Part shown: piece after piece, positions 54,759-62,990 of the stretch
Numbering within the stretch: position 1 is the stretch's first letter
How the letters are laid out: the number at the start of each line of letters is the position of its first letter
The notes under the pieces: generated by a model
The model's database searches: none
Seen by the model: the letters and a program-made list of their open reading frames with translations, nothing else
Told to the model about the DNA's origin: nothing
Virus record (IMG/VR): IMGVR_UViG_3300028412_000009
Origin: a virus
Strand: one strand, 5' to 3'
DNA length: 64,000 nucleotides
Translations under genes and position numbers: made by a program

Positions 54759-54892
54759 AAAACTGAACCGAAGAAGTATTGGTTATCCATGCTAAGGAAG
54801 AGGTCACGGGTTCGAATCCCGTCATCAGACCTAGTCTGATGTAGCTCAGAGGCAGAGCGCTTAAACCCAATCTTCACCCCATGTTCAGTTTT
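54759..54892 (+). ncRNA. Y RNA-like element 3 (YrlA-like) with a complete tRNA-mimic module
   Basis: Terminal stem AAAACTGAAC-C-GAAG (54759-54773) pairs with CTTC-ACCCCAT-GTTCAGTTTT (54872-54892). Inside are a T-arm ACGGG-TTCGAAT-CCCGT (54806-54822), an acceptor-like hairpin CATCAGAC-cta-GTCTGATG (54823-54841), a U8-A9-like TA, and a D-arm GCTC-AGAGGCA-GAGC (54844-54858). Confidence 0.55.
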
Positions 54893-54937
54893 ACCACATG
54901 TTCAGAAATACTGAACCGAGAGAAAGGATGAACACCT

Positions 54938-56557
54938 ATGGCTAACAATAGCCTCAAGTCCGTCACAACCCGACCCGGAATGACGGCCACTCCTCAGACG
55001 CAGAAGGCGGCTAAGGGGCAGAAGGAGAACAACGCAGGCGGCTACACGTTCACTGTCTCAGACATGGACCGAGCCAAGCGTTTCTTGATCCTTGGATCTG
55101 ACTCGTCGTTCTACCAGAGCGGCCAGGAGCTCTCCAAGGACAACGCCAAGAACCTGATCAAGCTTGCGAAGTCTGACCGTGCCCAGGAGCTCACTGACCT
55201 GATTGTGGAGATCTCCACTCAGGGTCGTGCGGCCAAGCAGGACCCCGGTCTGTTTGCACTGGCCGTCGTGGCTTCCCATGGCGCGACTGAGGACAAGCAG
55301 TACGCTCTGTCCAAGCTCTCTCAGGTAGCCCGTACCGGATCCTCGCTGTTCACGTTCATCACTTACGTGGAGCAGTTCCGAGGGTGGGGGCGTGCCCTGA
55401 CCAAGGCGGTTTCTTCTTGGTACACGGAGAAGTCTGTGGACAAGCTCGCCTACCAGACGGTGAAGTACCGTCAGCGTGATGGCTGGACTCACCGGGACGT
55501 GTTCCGCAAGGCGCACCCTCAGAAGGGCAAGAACGGAATCTCCGAAGGAGAGGATGCTCGTGCTTTTGAGGCGCTGGGTGAGTGGATTCTCCGAGGTGAG
55601 TTGTTGGAGAACACTCCTAAGCTTGTTCGCGGCTTCACGATGGCCCAGACTGCTTCTAAGTCTGAGCTTCCTGCTCTGATCAGGGAGTACGGACTGTCGT
55701 GGGAGATGCTTCCTACCGAGGCTCTGAACGACAAGAAGGTCTGGGAGACGTTGCTTCAGGGCAATGTTCCTCTCGGGGCCCTGTTGCGTCAGCTTCCTCG
55801 TTTGACGAAGCTCGGCATCGTCGCGCCTATGGGTGGAAAGACTGCTGAGATCGCCAAGAGGATCACTGATCCTGAGGAGCTCAAGCGTGCCCGTATCCAC
55901 CCCTTGAACCTTCTGGTTGCCCAGAAGACCTACGGGGCGGGGCACAGCCTCCGGGGCAATTCCTCCTGGGCCCCCAACCAGAAGATCGTGGACGCTCTTG
56001 ACAAGGCCTTCTACCTGTCCTTCAAGACGGTCGAGCCCGCTGGCAAGCGCACTCTGATTGGGTTGGATGTCTCCGGCTCGATGGGCTGGGCTTCAGTGGC
56101 CGGGGTTCCTCTCATGCCTTCCGAGGCAGGAGCGGCCCTTGCGTTGGTCATTGCCAACACGGAGCCTGAGGCGCACATCTTCGGATTTGCGGACACCTTC
56201 CGTGAGTTGGGCCTCTCCCCAGGGATGCGACTTGACCAGGCCCTGCGGCAGACAAGTTTAAGGACGTTCGGAGGCACGGACTGTGCTCAGGCCATCGAGT
56301 ACGCTCGTACTCACAAGTTGGAAGTGGACACGTTCCTTGTGATCACAGACAACGAAACCTACGGGGGTCGGAGTCACCCACACGAGGCCTTGCAGAGGTA
56401 CCGTCGAGAGACTGGCATCGATGCGAAGCTCATCGTGCTGGCGACTACTGCTTCCGAGTTCAGCCTCGCGGATCCCAGTGATGGTGGGATGCTGGACATC
56501 GCTGGGTTCGACTCAGCAGTTCCTCAGCTGATCAACGAGTTCTCTCGGGGACTCTGA
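54938..56557 (+). CDS. rsr: Ro60 orthologue (Rsr): TROVE domain plus C-terminal vWA domain
   Basis: 539 aa. The N-terminal and central region resembles TROVE. The vWA MIDAS motif LIGLDVSGSMGW (DxSGS) is followed by conserved vWA blocks. GC content and codon usage are higher than in the flanking phage genes. Confidence 0.8.
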   Translation: MANNSLKSVTTRPGMTATPQTQKAAKGQKENNAGGYTFTVSDMDRAKRFLILGSDSSFYQSGQELSKDNAKNLIKLAKSDRAQELTDLIVEISTQGRAAKQDPGLFALAVVASHGATEDKQYALSKLSQVARTGSSLFTFITYVEQFRGWGRALTKAVSSWYTEKSVDKLAYQTVKYRQRDGWTHRDVFRKAHPQKGKNGISEGEDARAFEALGEWILRGELLENTPKLVRGFTMAQTASKSELPALIREYGLSWEMLPTEALNDKKVWETLLQGNVPLGALLRQLPRLTKLGIVAPMGGKTAEIAKRITDPEELKRARIHPLNLLVAQKTYGAGHSLRGNSSWAPNQKIVDALDKAFYLSFKTVEPAGKRTLIGLDVSGSMGWASVAGVPLMPSEAGAALALVIANTEPEAHIFGFADTFRELGLSPGMRLDQALRQTSLRTFGGTDCAQAIEYARTHKLEVDTFLVITDNETYGGRSHPHEALQRYRRETGIDAKLIVLATTASEFSLADPSDGGMLDIAGFDSAVPQLINEFSRGL

Positions 56558-56575
56558 GCTCAGCTTCTCCTAGCC

Positions 56576-56622
56576 AAGGCCGGGCGACAACAACTTCAGG
56601 GTTGCTTTTGTCGCCCGGCCTT
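56576..56622 (+). terminator. Strong hairpin terminator after rsr
   Basis: 15-bp perfect inverted repeat aaggccgggcgacaa / ttgtcgcccggcctt, with a structured 17-nt loop containing ttttg. Confidence 0.55.
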
Positions 56623-56666
56623 GCTACGCTAGGGCCACGACTTACTAAAAAGAAAGGAAATTCACA

Positions 56667-57044
56667 ATGACTAAGACACTTCGAAAAGCACTCCAAGAGG
56701 CTGTCGCTGAGCGTGAAGCTGATTACCGTTACAAGGAACACTTTGCCAATTGCAGGTATCAAGACCAGGGAGAGCCTTCCTGTATTGTAGGTCTTGCTCT
56801 ATCGAAGATGGGGGTATCTATCGATAAGCTGGCTGAAATGGATAATAACTGTGACGTTTTCTCAACCTCTGTTGATGCGTTGTGTTCTGCGGAATTGTTC
56901 CCAGTGGGGCTGAGCGGGGCTGAGGTACAAGCTTTGAGTGAGGCGCAAGCTTGCCAGGACCAAGGAGGGACCTGGGGCGAGGCCCTGAAGGCGTATGACC
57001 AATCTCTCAAGGCGTCGGAGGCCCTGGGGGCGGTGACCTCATGA
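56667..57044 (+). CDS. Hypothetical Cys-containing protein
   Basis: 125-aa ORF with a good RBS (aaaggaaattcacaATG). Confidence 0.3.
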   Translation: MTKTLRKALQEAVAEREADYRYKEHFANCRYQDQGEPSCIVGLALSKMGVSIDKLAEMDNNCDVFSTSVDALCSAELFPVGLSGAEVQALSEAQACQDQGGTWGEALKAYDQSLKASEALGAVTS

Positions 57045-57673
57045 CCAACGACGAACAGGTGAAGAATGCAATTCATCGGACGCTTGAGGACGAGGCTGGT
57101 CCACTGCTTACCGTCACGGTAAATACAGACTTCGCAACACGGACCATCGACGCTTGGACATCCAGCATCATCGCCGCCATGCCCACACCCGTTGCGGGGC
57201 CTCAACAGGTGGAGACAGTGGAGCAGTTGGAAGCGTTGCCCTCAGGAACGTCAATCCAGAGCGGTGCGGGGGGTACCTACCAGGGCTTCGATCACCCCTG
57301 CGGTCGTCGGCTGTGGTTCATGTGCGGCGCTGACACTGGTGTCGAATCAGCGCGGCTAGTGTCGTGGAGTCCCGCGCCGTTCACCGTCCTGCTCCCCGCA
57401 CTTCGCCCCGAGCCGACTGCTGACGAGTACACGCCCAGCATTCGGGACATTCGACGCGCCTGCATTCTTGACGGGTCAGCGATATGCGATGAGGCCGAGT
57501 TCGACCGCGCCATTGCCCGTATCAAGGCCGATGCCCTCCAAGCCTATGCCGACACTCTGGGCGTCAACGTGAACGACGAGGGCACCGAGTGGTGGCGGGG
57601 CTATCGACAGGCCCAGCGTGAGTTCATTCACAAGACAATCGCCGAGGCTCAGAAGGAGAACCCCGATGGCTAA
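57041..57673 (+). CDS. Hypothetical protein (GC-rich island)
   Basis: 210-aa ORF. GC content and codon usage are clearly higher than the phage backbone. Confidence 0.3.
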   Translation: MTNDEQVKNAIHRTLEDEAGPLLTVTVNTDFATRTIDAWTSSIIAAMPTPVAGPQQVETVEQLEALPSGTSIQSGAGGTYQGFDHPCGRRLWFMCGADTGVESARLVSWSPAPFTVLLPALRPEPTADEYTPSIRDIRRACILDGSAICDEAEFDRAIARIKADALQAYADTLGVNVNDEGTEWWRGYRQAQREFIHKTIAEAQKENPDG

Positions 57674-57821
57674 TAACAAACTGACATGTCCCGGATGCGG
57701 TGCGCACCTGAGCGCTGTGTGGCAAGCGTTCACGGAGGGCCATCCCTGCCCCAGCTGTGGTGATGACCTGAATGGCGTCCAGATCACGACATCCACTTGG
57801 CGACCCATGAGGCAATGGTAG
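57618..57821 (+). CDS. Small zinc-ribbon protein
   Basis: CPGCGAHL...CPSCGD: two CxxC pairs. Confidence 0.3.
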   Translation: MSSFTRQSPRLRRRTPMANNKLTCPGCGAHLSAVWQAFTEGHPCPSCGDDLNGVQITTSTWRPMRQW

Positions 57822-57839
57822 CGAAGCGAACGTCACAAG

Positions 57840-58865
57840 GTGCTAGAATTGCCTACGAGGCAAGACAACCCGAAGGGCTTATACGTGAGCGTTGATATGC
57901 AGGACGTCGTTGCAGGTGGCGGTCTCTCCCTCAATACGACACACACCGGCGACAACAGGGTGTTGCTTAAGCAACTCGACGAATCCTCGGTCGCTTTGAG
58001 CGTGTGGTCGCCGCCTTACTTCGTGGGCAAGTCGTACGAGGCAGATTGGACACTCGAAGATTGGAAGTCCCTGCTTCGTGCGGTCATCCATGAGCACGCT
58101 CGCGTCCTTAAGCCTGGCGGCTTCCTTGCGATTAACGTTGCAGACATATTGGCCTTTGCGGATGCCAGTATTCCGCGATTTCAGGCTGACGTCGTTTCGA
58201 CGAAACGGAGCGGAATATCCCGCGCTCAAGTTCTCGAAGCCAAAATGTCCAACCCGGAGATGACCCGCTACCAACTGGCGGATCTTCTGGGATGTAGCGA
58301 GCAGACGATTCAACGCCGACTCGATCACAACAATGTCCGTGGAGGAAAGTACAAGGCTCAGACACGTGTCATGCCAGTAGCCGGTCTGATCGATGAACTC
58401 GCGCTAGAAGTTGGACTGACCCTTTACGACCGGCGTATTTGGGCAAAGGATCCAGCATGGACAAATAGCCGATGGCACTCTCTGTCTTATCGAGCCGTCG
58501 ATGATTTCGAGCACATCTTCATTTTCTGGAAGCCGGGAATCACCACCGTGGATCGCAAGCGCCTCGCGCCCGAGGAGTGGACCGAATGGGGATCGCGGGG
58601 CATCTGGAGTTTCGCTTCTGTCCGCTCCAACAATGACCACGAGGCGAAGTTTCCGGTGGAACTGCCATCGCGCCTAATTCGGCTTCTAACAGAGCCCGGC
58701 GATCTTGTTCTGGACCCGTTCATGGGGAGCGGCACCACAGGCATAGCGGCAATGCGCGCCGGTCGCCCTTTCATTGGGATGGAACTCCTGCCACACTATG
58801 CACAGTTAGCTAACAAAAACTGTGCACTGGAAGCGGAGCGTATCCATGAAACAGAAAAGGATTAG
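57840..58865 (+). CDS. DNA N6-adenine/N4-cytosine methyltransferase (beta class) with an inserted HTH-like segment
   Basis: Motif IV SVWSPPYFVG (SPPY) precedes motif I LDPFMGSGTTGIAA (FxGxG). HTH-like YQLADLLGCSEQTIQRRL. GC-rich. Confidence 0.75.
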   Translation: MLELPTRQDNPKGLYVSVDMQDVVAGGGLSLNTTHTGDNRVLLKQLDESSVALSVWSPPYFVGKSYEADWTLEDWKSLLRAVIHEHARVLKPGGFLAINVADILAFADASIPRFQADVVSTKRSGISRAQVLEAKMSNPEMTRYQLADLLGCSEQTIQRRLDHNNVRGGKYKAQTRVMPVAGLIDELALEVGLTLYDRRIWAKDPAWTNSRWHSLSYRAVDDFEHIFIFWKPGITTVDRKRLAPEEWTEWGSRGIWSFASVRSNNDHEAKFPVELPSRLIRLLTEPGDLVLDPFMGSGTTGIAAMRAGRPFIGMELLPHYAQLANKNCALEAERIHETEKD

Positions 58866-58868
58866 AAC

Positions 58869-59459
58869 ATGCCCACAGGATATACTGCCAAGCTTCATGA
58901 CGGCCCGCAAGAGTTCAATGACTTTGTGCTGAGTTGCTCCCGCGCCCTTGGAGCAACTGTTCATCAAAGGGATGAGTCTCCGGAGTTGAAGCCCAAGCTT
59001 CGTGAACCCCACACTAGCTACTTAGAAGAAAGACTGAACAAAGCCGCTACTCGCCTGAGGGAGGCTGAAAGTTGGTCTGAGGAGGAAGCACAGAGCCAGG
59101 CTGAAGAGCAGAACATCAAGAACCGGGAGTATTGGCTTGGTGTGAAAGAAAGAGCCATTGCCAGGAGAGAGCGTTATGAAGACATGCTCACTCAGGTACG
59201 TGCTTGGACGCCTCCGACAGATGGCCACGTGGGGTTGAAAGAGTACATGATCGATCAGCTAGAGGAGTCTATCCGTTTCGACTGTCATGACAGAGGCGAG
59301 CCAATTCCTTTGACAGGAGAAGAGTACCGAGCTCAGCAGATCGCTTCCACTGAGAGAGAACTTGAGTATTACCCCAAGGAGATTGAGGCAGAGATCGAGA
59401 GGTCTAATGAGGCGAACAAGTGGATTCTGGATCTGTTCGCTTCCCTTGGAATTGAGTAA
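58869..59459 (+). CDS. Hypothetical protein
   Basis: 196-aa ORF rich in charged residues and coiled-coil-like. Confidence 0.3.
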   Translation: MPTGYTAKLHDGPQEFNDFVLSCSRALGATVHQRDESPELKPKLREPHTSYLEERLNKAATRLREAESWSEEEAQSQAEEQNIKNREYWLGVKERAIARRERYEDMLTQVRAWTPPTDGHVGLKEYMIDQLEESIRFDCHDRGEPIPLTGEEYRAQQIASTERELEYYPKEIEAEIERSNEANKWILDLFASLGIE

Positions 59460-59643
59460 GATCCAGAGAAAGAGGATGCGCTACCCTGACAGGCCCCGTG
59501 CTCAACTGTGGCCTGTCACAGGGGGGAGACACCTAGTTTCTAGAAAGTACCAACCGAAGTCTGGGGCGAAACCCCACCAACCTGGTACACTAGAACGAGG
59601 CCAACACACTACCGACTGACCTACTTTTCAGAAAGGATCTCTT

Positions 59644-59841
59644 ATGGCTGACGTAGGCTGGACTAAGCTTTCACGTACCAATCATTCATGTCCTCTGCCC
59701 AATGAAAAAGAGATCTCTCTCCGAGGGGCTGGACACGGTTCCCAATGGACATGCTCCCAGTGCTACAGGGTCTACCGCCTAGAGCGGGTCTCCTTCTCTT
59801 CTGACACTGAGGTGCACTGCGTATGGAAAGAGATCCACTGA
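59644..59841 (+). CDS. Small zinc-ribbon protein
   Basis: CPLP...CSQC...C: Cys pairs in 65 aa. Confidence 0.25.
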   Translation: MADVGWTKLSRTNHSCPLPNEKEISLRGAGHGSQWTCSQCYRVYRLERVSFSSDTEVHCVWKEIH

Positions 59842-60004
59842 TGAGGGACTACAGGAGAAGTGCATGATCGCTGACTGCTGTTGCTATTGGGGCTGTGCGG
59901 TGTCAGGAGAGCACCCAGAGTTCGAGTGCTATCGTTGTCCTGTCCATGGAGGCCCTTTGGCCCAGCCATGGGAACTATGCAAACGCCATAAGAGGGAGAG
60001 CCAG

Positions 60005-60953
60005 AGTGACTAGAATCCTGTGTGTGGGGGACATCCATGCGAGAGACCGAGCTCCTCGTGGGGCCAATGAGCCTTACCTAGAGGATCTGCTCGACCTCTT
60101 GCGCCAGACAATCCAACTTGAGAGTAAGTACGATTGTGATGCCGTGGTCTGGGCTGGGGATGTCTTCCACGAAAAGGCCCCATCGAAGACTTCACACTCC
60201 ACCGTACTGCGCATGATCGAGATCGTGCAGGGCTACAAGAACCTGTGGATCGTGCCAGGGAACCATGATGTCTCGAATGATGTACTGGATAGCATCTACG
60301 ATAAGCAACCTCTGGGCATCCTGTACCGAGCTGGGGCCAAGGAACTATCCGGCTGGCACCCTGAGTTGCCCCTGTATGGCATCCCCTGGCAACAGGACTG
60401 GCATGAGGAGGGCACTCTGGATCGAGTGGCTTCACTCTGGCTGGAGGCCTCACGGCACCAGGAATCGCTGATTGTCACCCATGCGCCTCTGTACGCCCCT
60501 CAGGAGGCCGCTAAGGTGCCGTTCGACACAATCCCCCTAGAGGAGCTCTCCAAGGCTCTGGGAGGCTCAGGGAGCCTGTACTACGGCCATATCCATGAGG
60601 ATCACGGCATCTACGCTGTCGGGGGCGTGACCTACTGCAATATGGGCGCACTGTCTCGCGGATCTCTGCATGAGTACAACATCGAGCGGGACATCAAGGT
60701 CGCTCTGTGGGAAGACGGTGAATTCACTGAGATCAAACTGGATGCCAAGCCCGCTGAGCAAGTGCTGAGGGTGGAGGCACACCTGGAGGCCAAGGAAGGT
60801 AAGTTGAATCTAGAAAGTTTCCTGGATTCCATCGGGGCCAAGACACTGGAGATCAGCTCAACATCAGCTGTTGTCGATTACATCAGAGGCCGGGATGACC
60901 TAGATCGCACTGTCAAGGATCGAGCAATCAAGATCCTAGAGGATGCAGAGTGA
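60005..60953 (+). CDS. Calcineurin-like metallophosphoesterase (SbcD/Mre11-like nuclease)
   Basis: ILCVGDIHAR (motif I), VVWAGDVFHE (motif II GD), LWIVPGNHDVS (motif III GNHD), plus later GH motifs. The ORF track begins at 59895; a GTG start near 60005 is likely. Confidence 0.7.
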
Positions 60954-61230
60954 TCTAGGTCATCCTGCTCTATCTCGCAGTGCTGGGGCTGGGAAGTCAT
61001 CTTGGGTTCATGGTAGTAGTTATCCGAGATACAAGACGGAGGATCAGGTACAAGGAAGCGAGACTGAGAGAAAGAAGAAGCACAAGATTGTCCGTCAGAG
61101 TTATGGGGAGATTGAGTGCTCTTGTGGGGTCGGGTTCATCTTTCCCGTCAGTATCCCCATGTCAGAGTTGCTGACAGAGCTCTCTAGGCACTTCGGACCC
61201 TTGAGGATCGAGCTGAAGAAGGCCAGATGA
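60943..61230 (+). CDS. Hypothetical small protein
   Basis: 95 aa. Last + strand ORF before the orientation switch. Confidence 0.25.
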   Translation: MQSDLGHPALSRSAGAGKSSWVHGSSYPRYKTEDQVQGSETERKKKHKIVRQSYGEIECSCGVGFIFPVSIPMSELLTELSRHFGPLRIELKKAR

Positions 61231-61386
61231 GTGAACACTATATCTATGAGGTGGATTGCACCCTCATAGGCGAGGGAGGCAGTCAGAAGACGGTCGTCTG
61301 TAGGTGTGGAGCTCTCTACACCTTCCCCTTGATTCACTACACCGTGCCTGAGATCAAACAGGGGCAGGGAAGATACTGCATATAGT

Positions 61387-61397
61387 GGCCGATAGTA
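61387..61397 (+). promoter_or_regulatory. Conserved intergenic 11-mer GGCCGATAGTA
   Basis: At the orientation-switch region, abutting the 9-bp hairpin. Confidence 0.3.
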
Positions 61398-61413
61398 CAA
61401 GCGTAAGCTTGTA
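61392..61413. terminator. Hairpin at the convergent transcription boundary
   Basis: agtacaagc-gtaa-gcttgtact is a 9-bp perfect inverted repeat. It sits between the last + strand gene and the first - strand gene, immediately after an instance of the conserved 11-mer. Confidence 0.4.
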
Positions 61414-61764
61414 CTACTTCAGAGGATCTACCTGAATCCAGACCTTCCGTGTGTCAGTGCAGGTGGCTCCACACCCTATACATCGAAGCTTGTCAAAGCG
61501 CCTTTTTTGAATCTCCTCGGCCAACCTCAAGTCTCTGTCTTTGTGTGGAGTGCACACAAAAGCCACACACGAGCATAGAGCTGGGAATCGGGTGGTCCAC
61601 TCAGCCTCACACTGACACCCTTGATCATCCCAGGGAATGGAGAACTCAACTGATTCTAGTAAGTCTTGCTCAGGAGCTACGATAGTCATTAGGGTGTAGT
61701 CACCTCCCACCAGATCCACAGGATGTGAGTGCAACTCCTCCCCAGCAATTGTTCCGAGCTCCAC
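61414..61764 (-). CDS. Hypothetical Cys-rich protein
   Basis: 116-aa ORF on the minus strand. Confidence 0.3.
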   Translation of the reverse strand: MELGTIAGEELHSHPVDLVGGDYTLMTIVAPEQDLLESVEFSIPWDDQGCQCEAEWTTRFPALCSCVAFVCTPHKDRDLRLAEEIQKRRFDKLRCIGCGATCTDTRKVWIQVDPLK

Positions 61765-62144
61765 TCCATTCTTGCCTGCTCAGGAACCTTGGTAGGCACT
61801 GGCCCTCAGCCACTTCTCAGCGTCCTTGGGGGCTCGCACAGAGTGATTCTTCCTCTGGACAGCGGGGGTCTTTTCAGTGAAGACCTCCATCTGCGTAGTC
61901 TGGATCAGCCACCCTTCGGGGACTCGCCGGATCTTTGGGCTCTCATCTAGTATCAAGAGGAAATTGCTCATGACTCCTCCTTCGGTTGATTCTCAGAATA
62001 CCGTGAGGTGCAGGTGGAGAGCAAGCCCTACACCGATGATGGACAGGACCAGAGTGACTGCCAGAGCCCAGGTGAGTTCGCCACGGATTCGAGCCGCCAA
62101 ACCGGCGAAGACGCAGGACAGAATTAGCAGGAAATAGATTGCCG

Positions 62145-62906
62145 TCATGTCTCCATCCAAATCATCCGTTCGACATCGAAGTAGTAGCCACGCTCGATCA
62201 TCATCTCACGCCAATGATCATTGGTCTGCCAGTTCTTCAGGACAGGCAGAAGATCATCCGGGCACCTGTAGGCCGCGTCAATGGCCTCTCCTGCCTTCTG
62301 GGCCTCCGCGATGAGGGCCTCCATGATTGCCTCATACTTCCACGGGGGGATGGACTCGGGGTGCCTCTCGCGCACTACCTCAAGATCAGCTTCACGGAGA
62401 ATGCTTTGTCGGAGCATCCGGCCCCAGTGAGCCTCAATCTGTCCTAGTAGGAAGTACCTACCATTGGGATCGATGCCACTCATGAGATCTCCCGGACTGC
62501 TTTGGCCTGCACAGGGCTGAGCACGTTCCCTTTGGTTGAAGGTCGCGTGGCAGTTGAGGCACCCACGTATGTAGACCTTGTGTTGGGTGCAATGCAGGAT
62601 GTCGTTACCGTCATCATCAAGCCCGTTTGAGATACGATCCGCCCAGACTGTGACACATTTCAGACACTCAGGCTTGGTGGAATTTTTTTTGAAGGCTCCA
62701 GGAGACCTTGAAGCTCCACACAGTGTATCGACCCACTCGTTCGTGTCATAACTCAGGGTGATGTGACTGAAGGGAGCCACTGCTGGGTTTGTGTCCCAAG
62801 AACATGACACCCACTTCATGAGGCACCCCGACCAGGAAAGCGCTCGGGATCCTCCCACGTGGTGAGAGTAGCAGGGGTCCCTGGGGGGCCAGCCACCACC
62901 CGCCAC
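62145..62906 (-). CDS. Hypothetical protein with a possible HNH-like Cys/His nuclease motif
   Basis: CLKC...DDDGNDILHCTQH...CLNCH resembles HNH zinc-finger spacing. The true start is probably an internal Met. Confidence 0.3.
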   Translation of the reverse strand: MAGGGWPPRDPCYSHHVGGSRALSWSGCLMKWVSCSWDTNPAVAPFSHITLSYDTNEWVDTLCGASRSPGAFKKNSTKPECLKCVTVWADRISNGLDDDGNDILHCTQHKVYIRGCLNCHATFNQRERAQPCAGQSSPGDLMSGIDPNGRYFLLGQIEAHWGRMLRQSILREADLEVVRERHPESIPPWKYEAIMEALIAEAQKAGEAIDAAYRCPDDLLPVLKNWQTNDHWREMMIERGYYFDVERMIWMET

Positions 62907-62990
62907 GTGACCTGCTTCAGGCGCTTGGCGAGAGCCGCCGACTCCTGCCGCATCTGCTCTGTGGTGCGGGTGGATTCCACACTCTTGCGC

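Noticed and set aside
54806-54860. A circularly permuted tRNA gene (T-arm and 3' acceptor strand upstream of the 5' acceptor strand and D-arm)
   Set aside because: Permuted tRNAs need archaeal or eukaryotic bulge-helix-bulge splicing machinery. Here the acceptor halves are simply joined by a CTA loop, and the whole unit is enclosed by the repeated bulged-C helix next to a Ro60 gene. A Y RNA explains it better.
54574-54870. 98-aa minus-strand ORF in the ORF track
   Set aside because: It overlaps the structured RNA array. Its translation (GFEP..., RESNPM) is the usual artefact of tRNA-like T-arm sequence. There is no RBS or coding context.
54480-54930. A cluster of three canonical tRNA genes, suggested by the three TTCGA-containing T-arm hairpins
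   Set aside because: For each T-arm, the 7 nt following the stem has no complementary 5' acceptor strand about 48-50 nt upstream, and no anticodon arm can be drawn. The modules fit a Y-RNA tRNA-mimic architecture (loop-closed acceptor stem, stem with bulged C) better than tRNAs.
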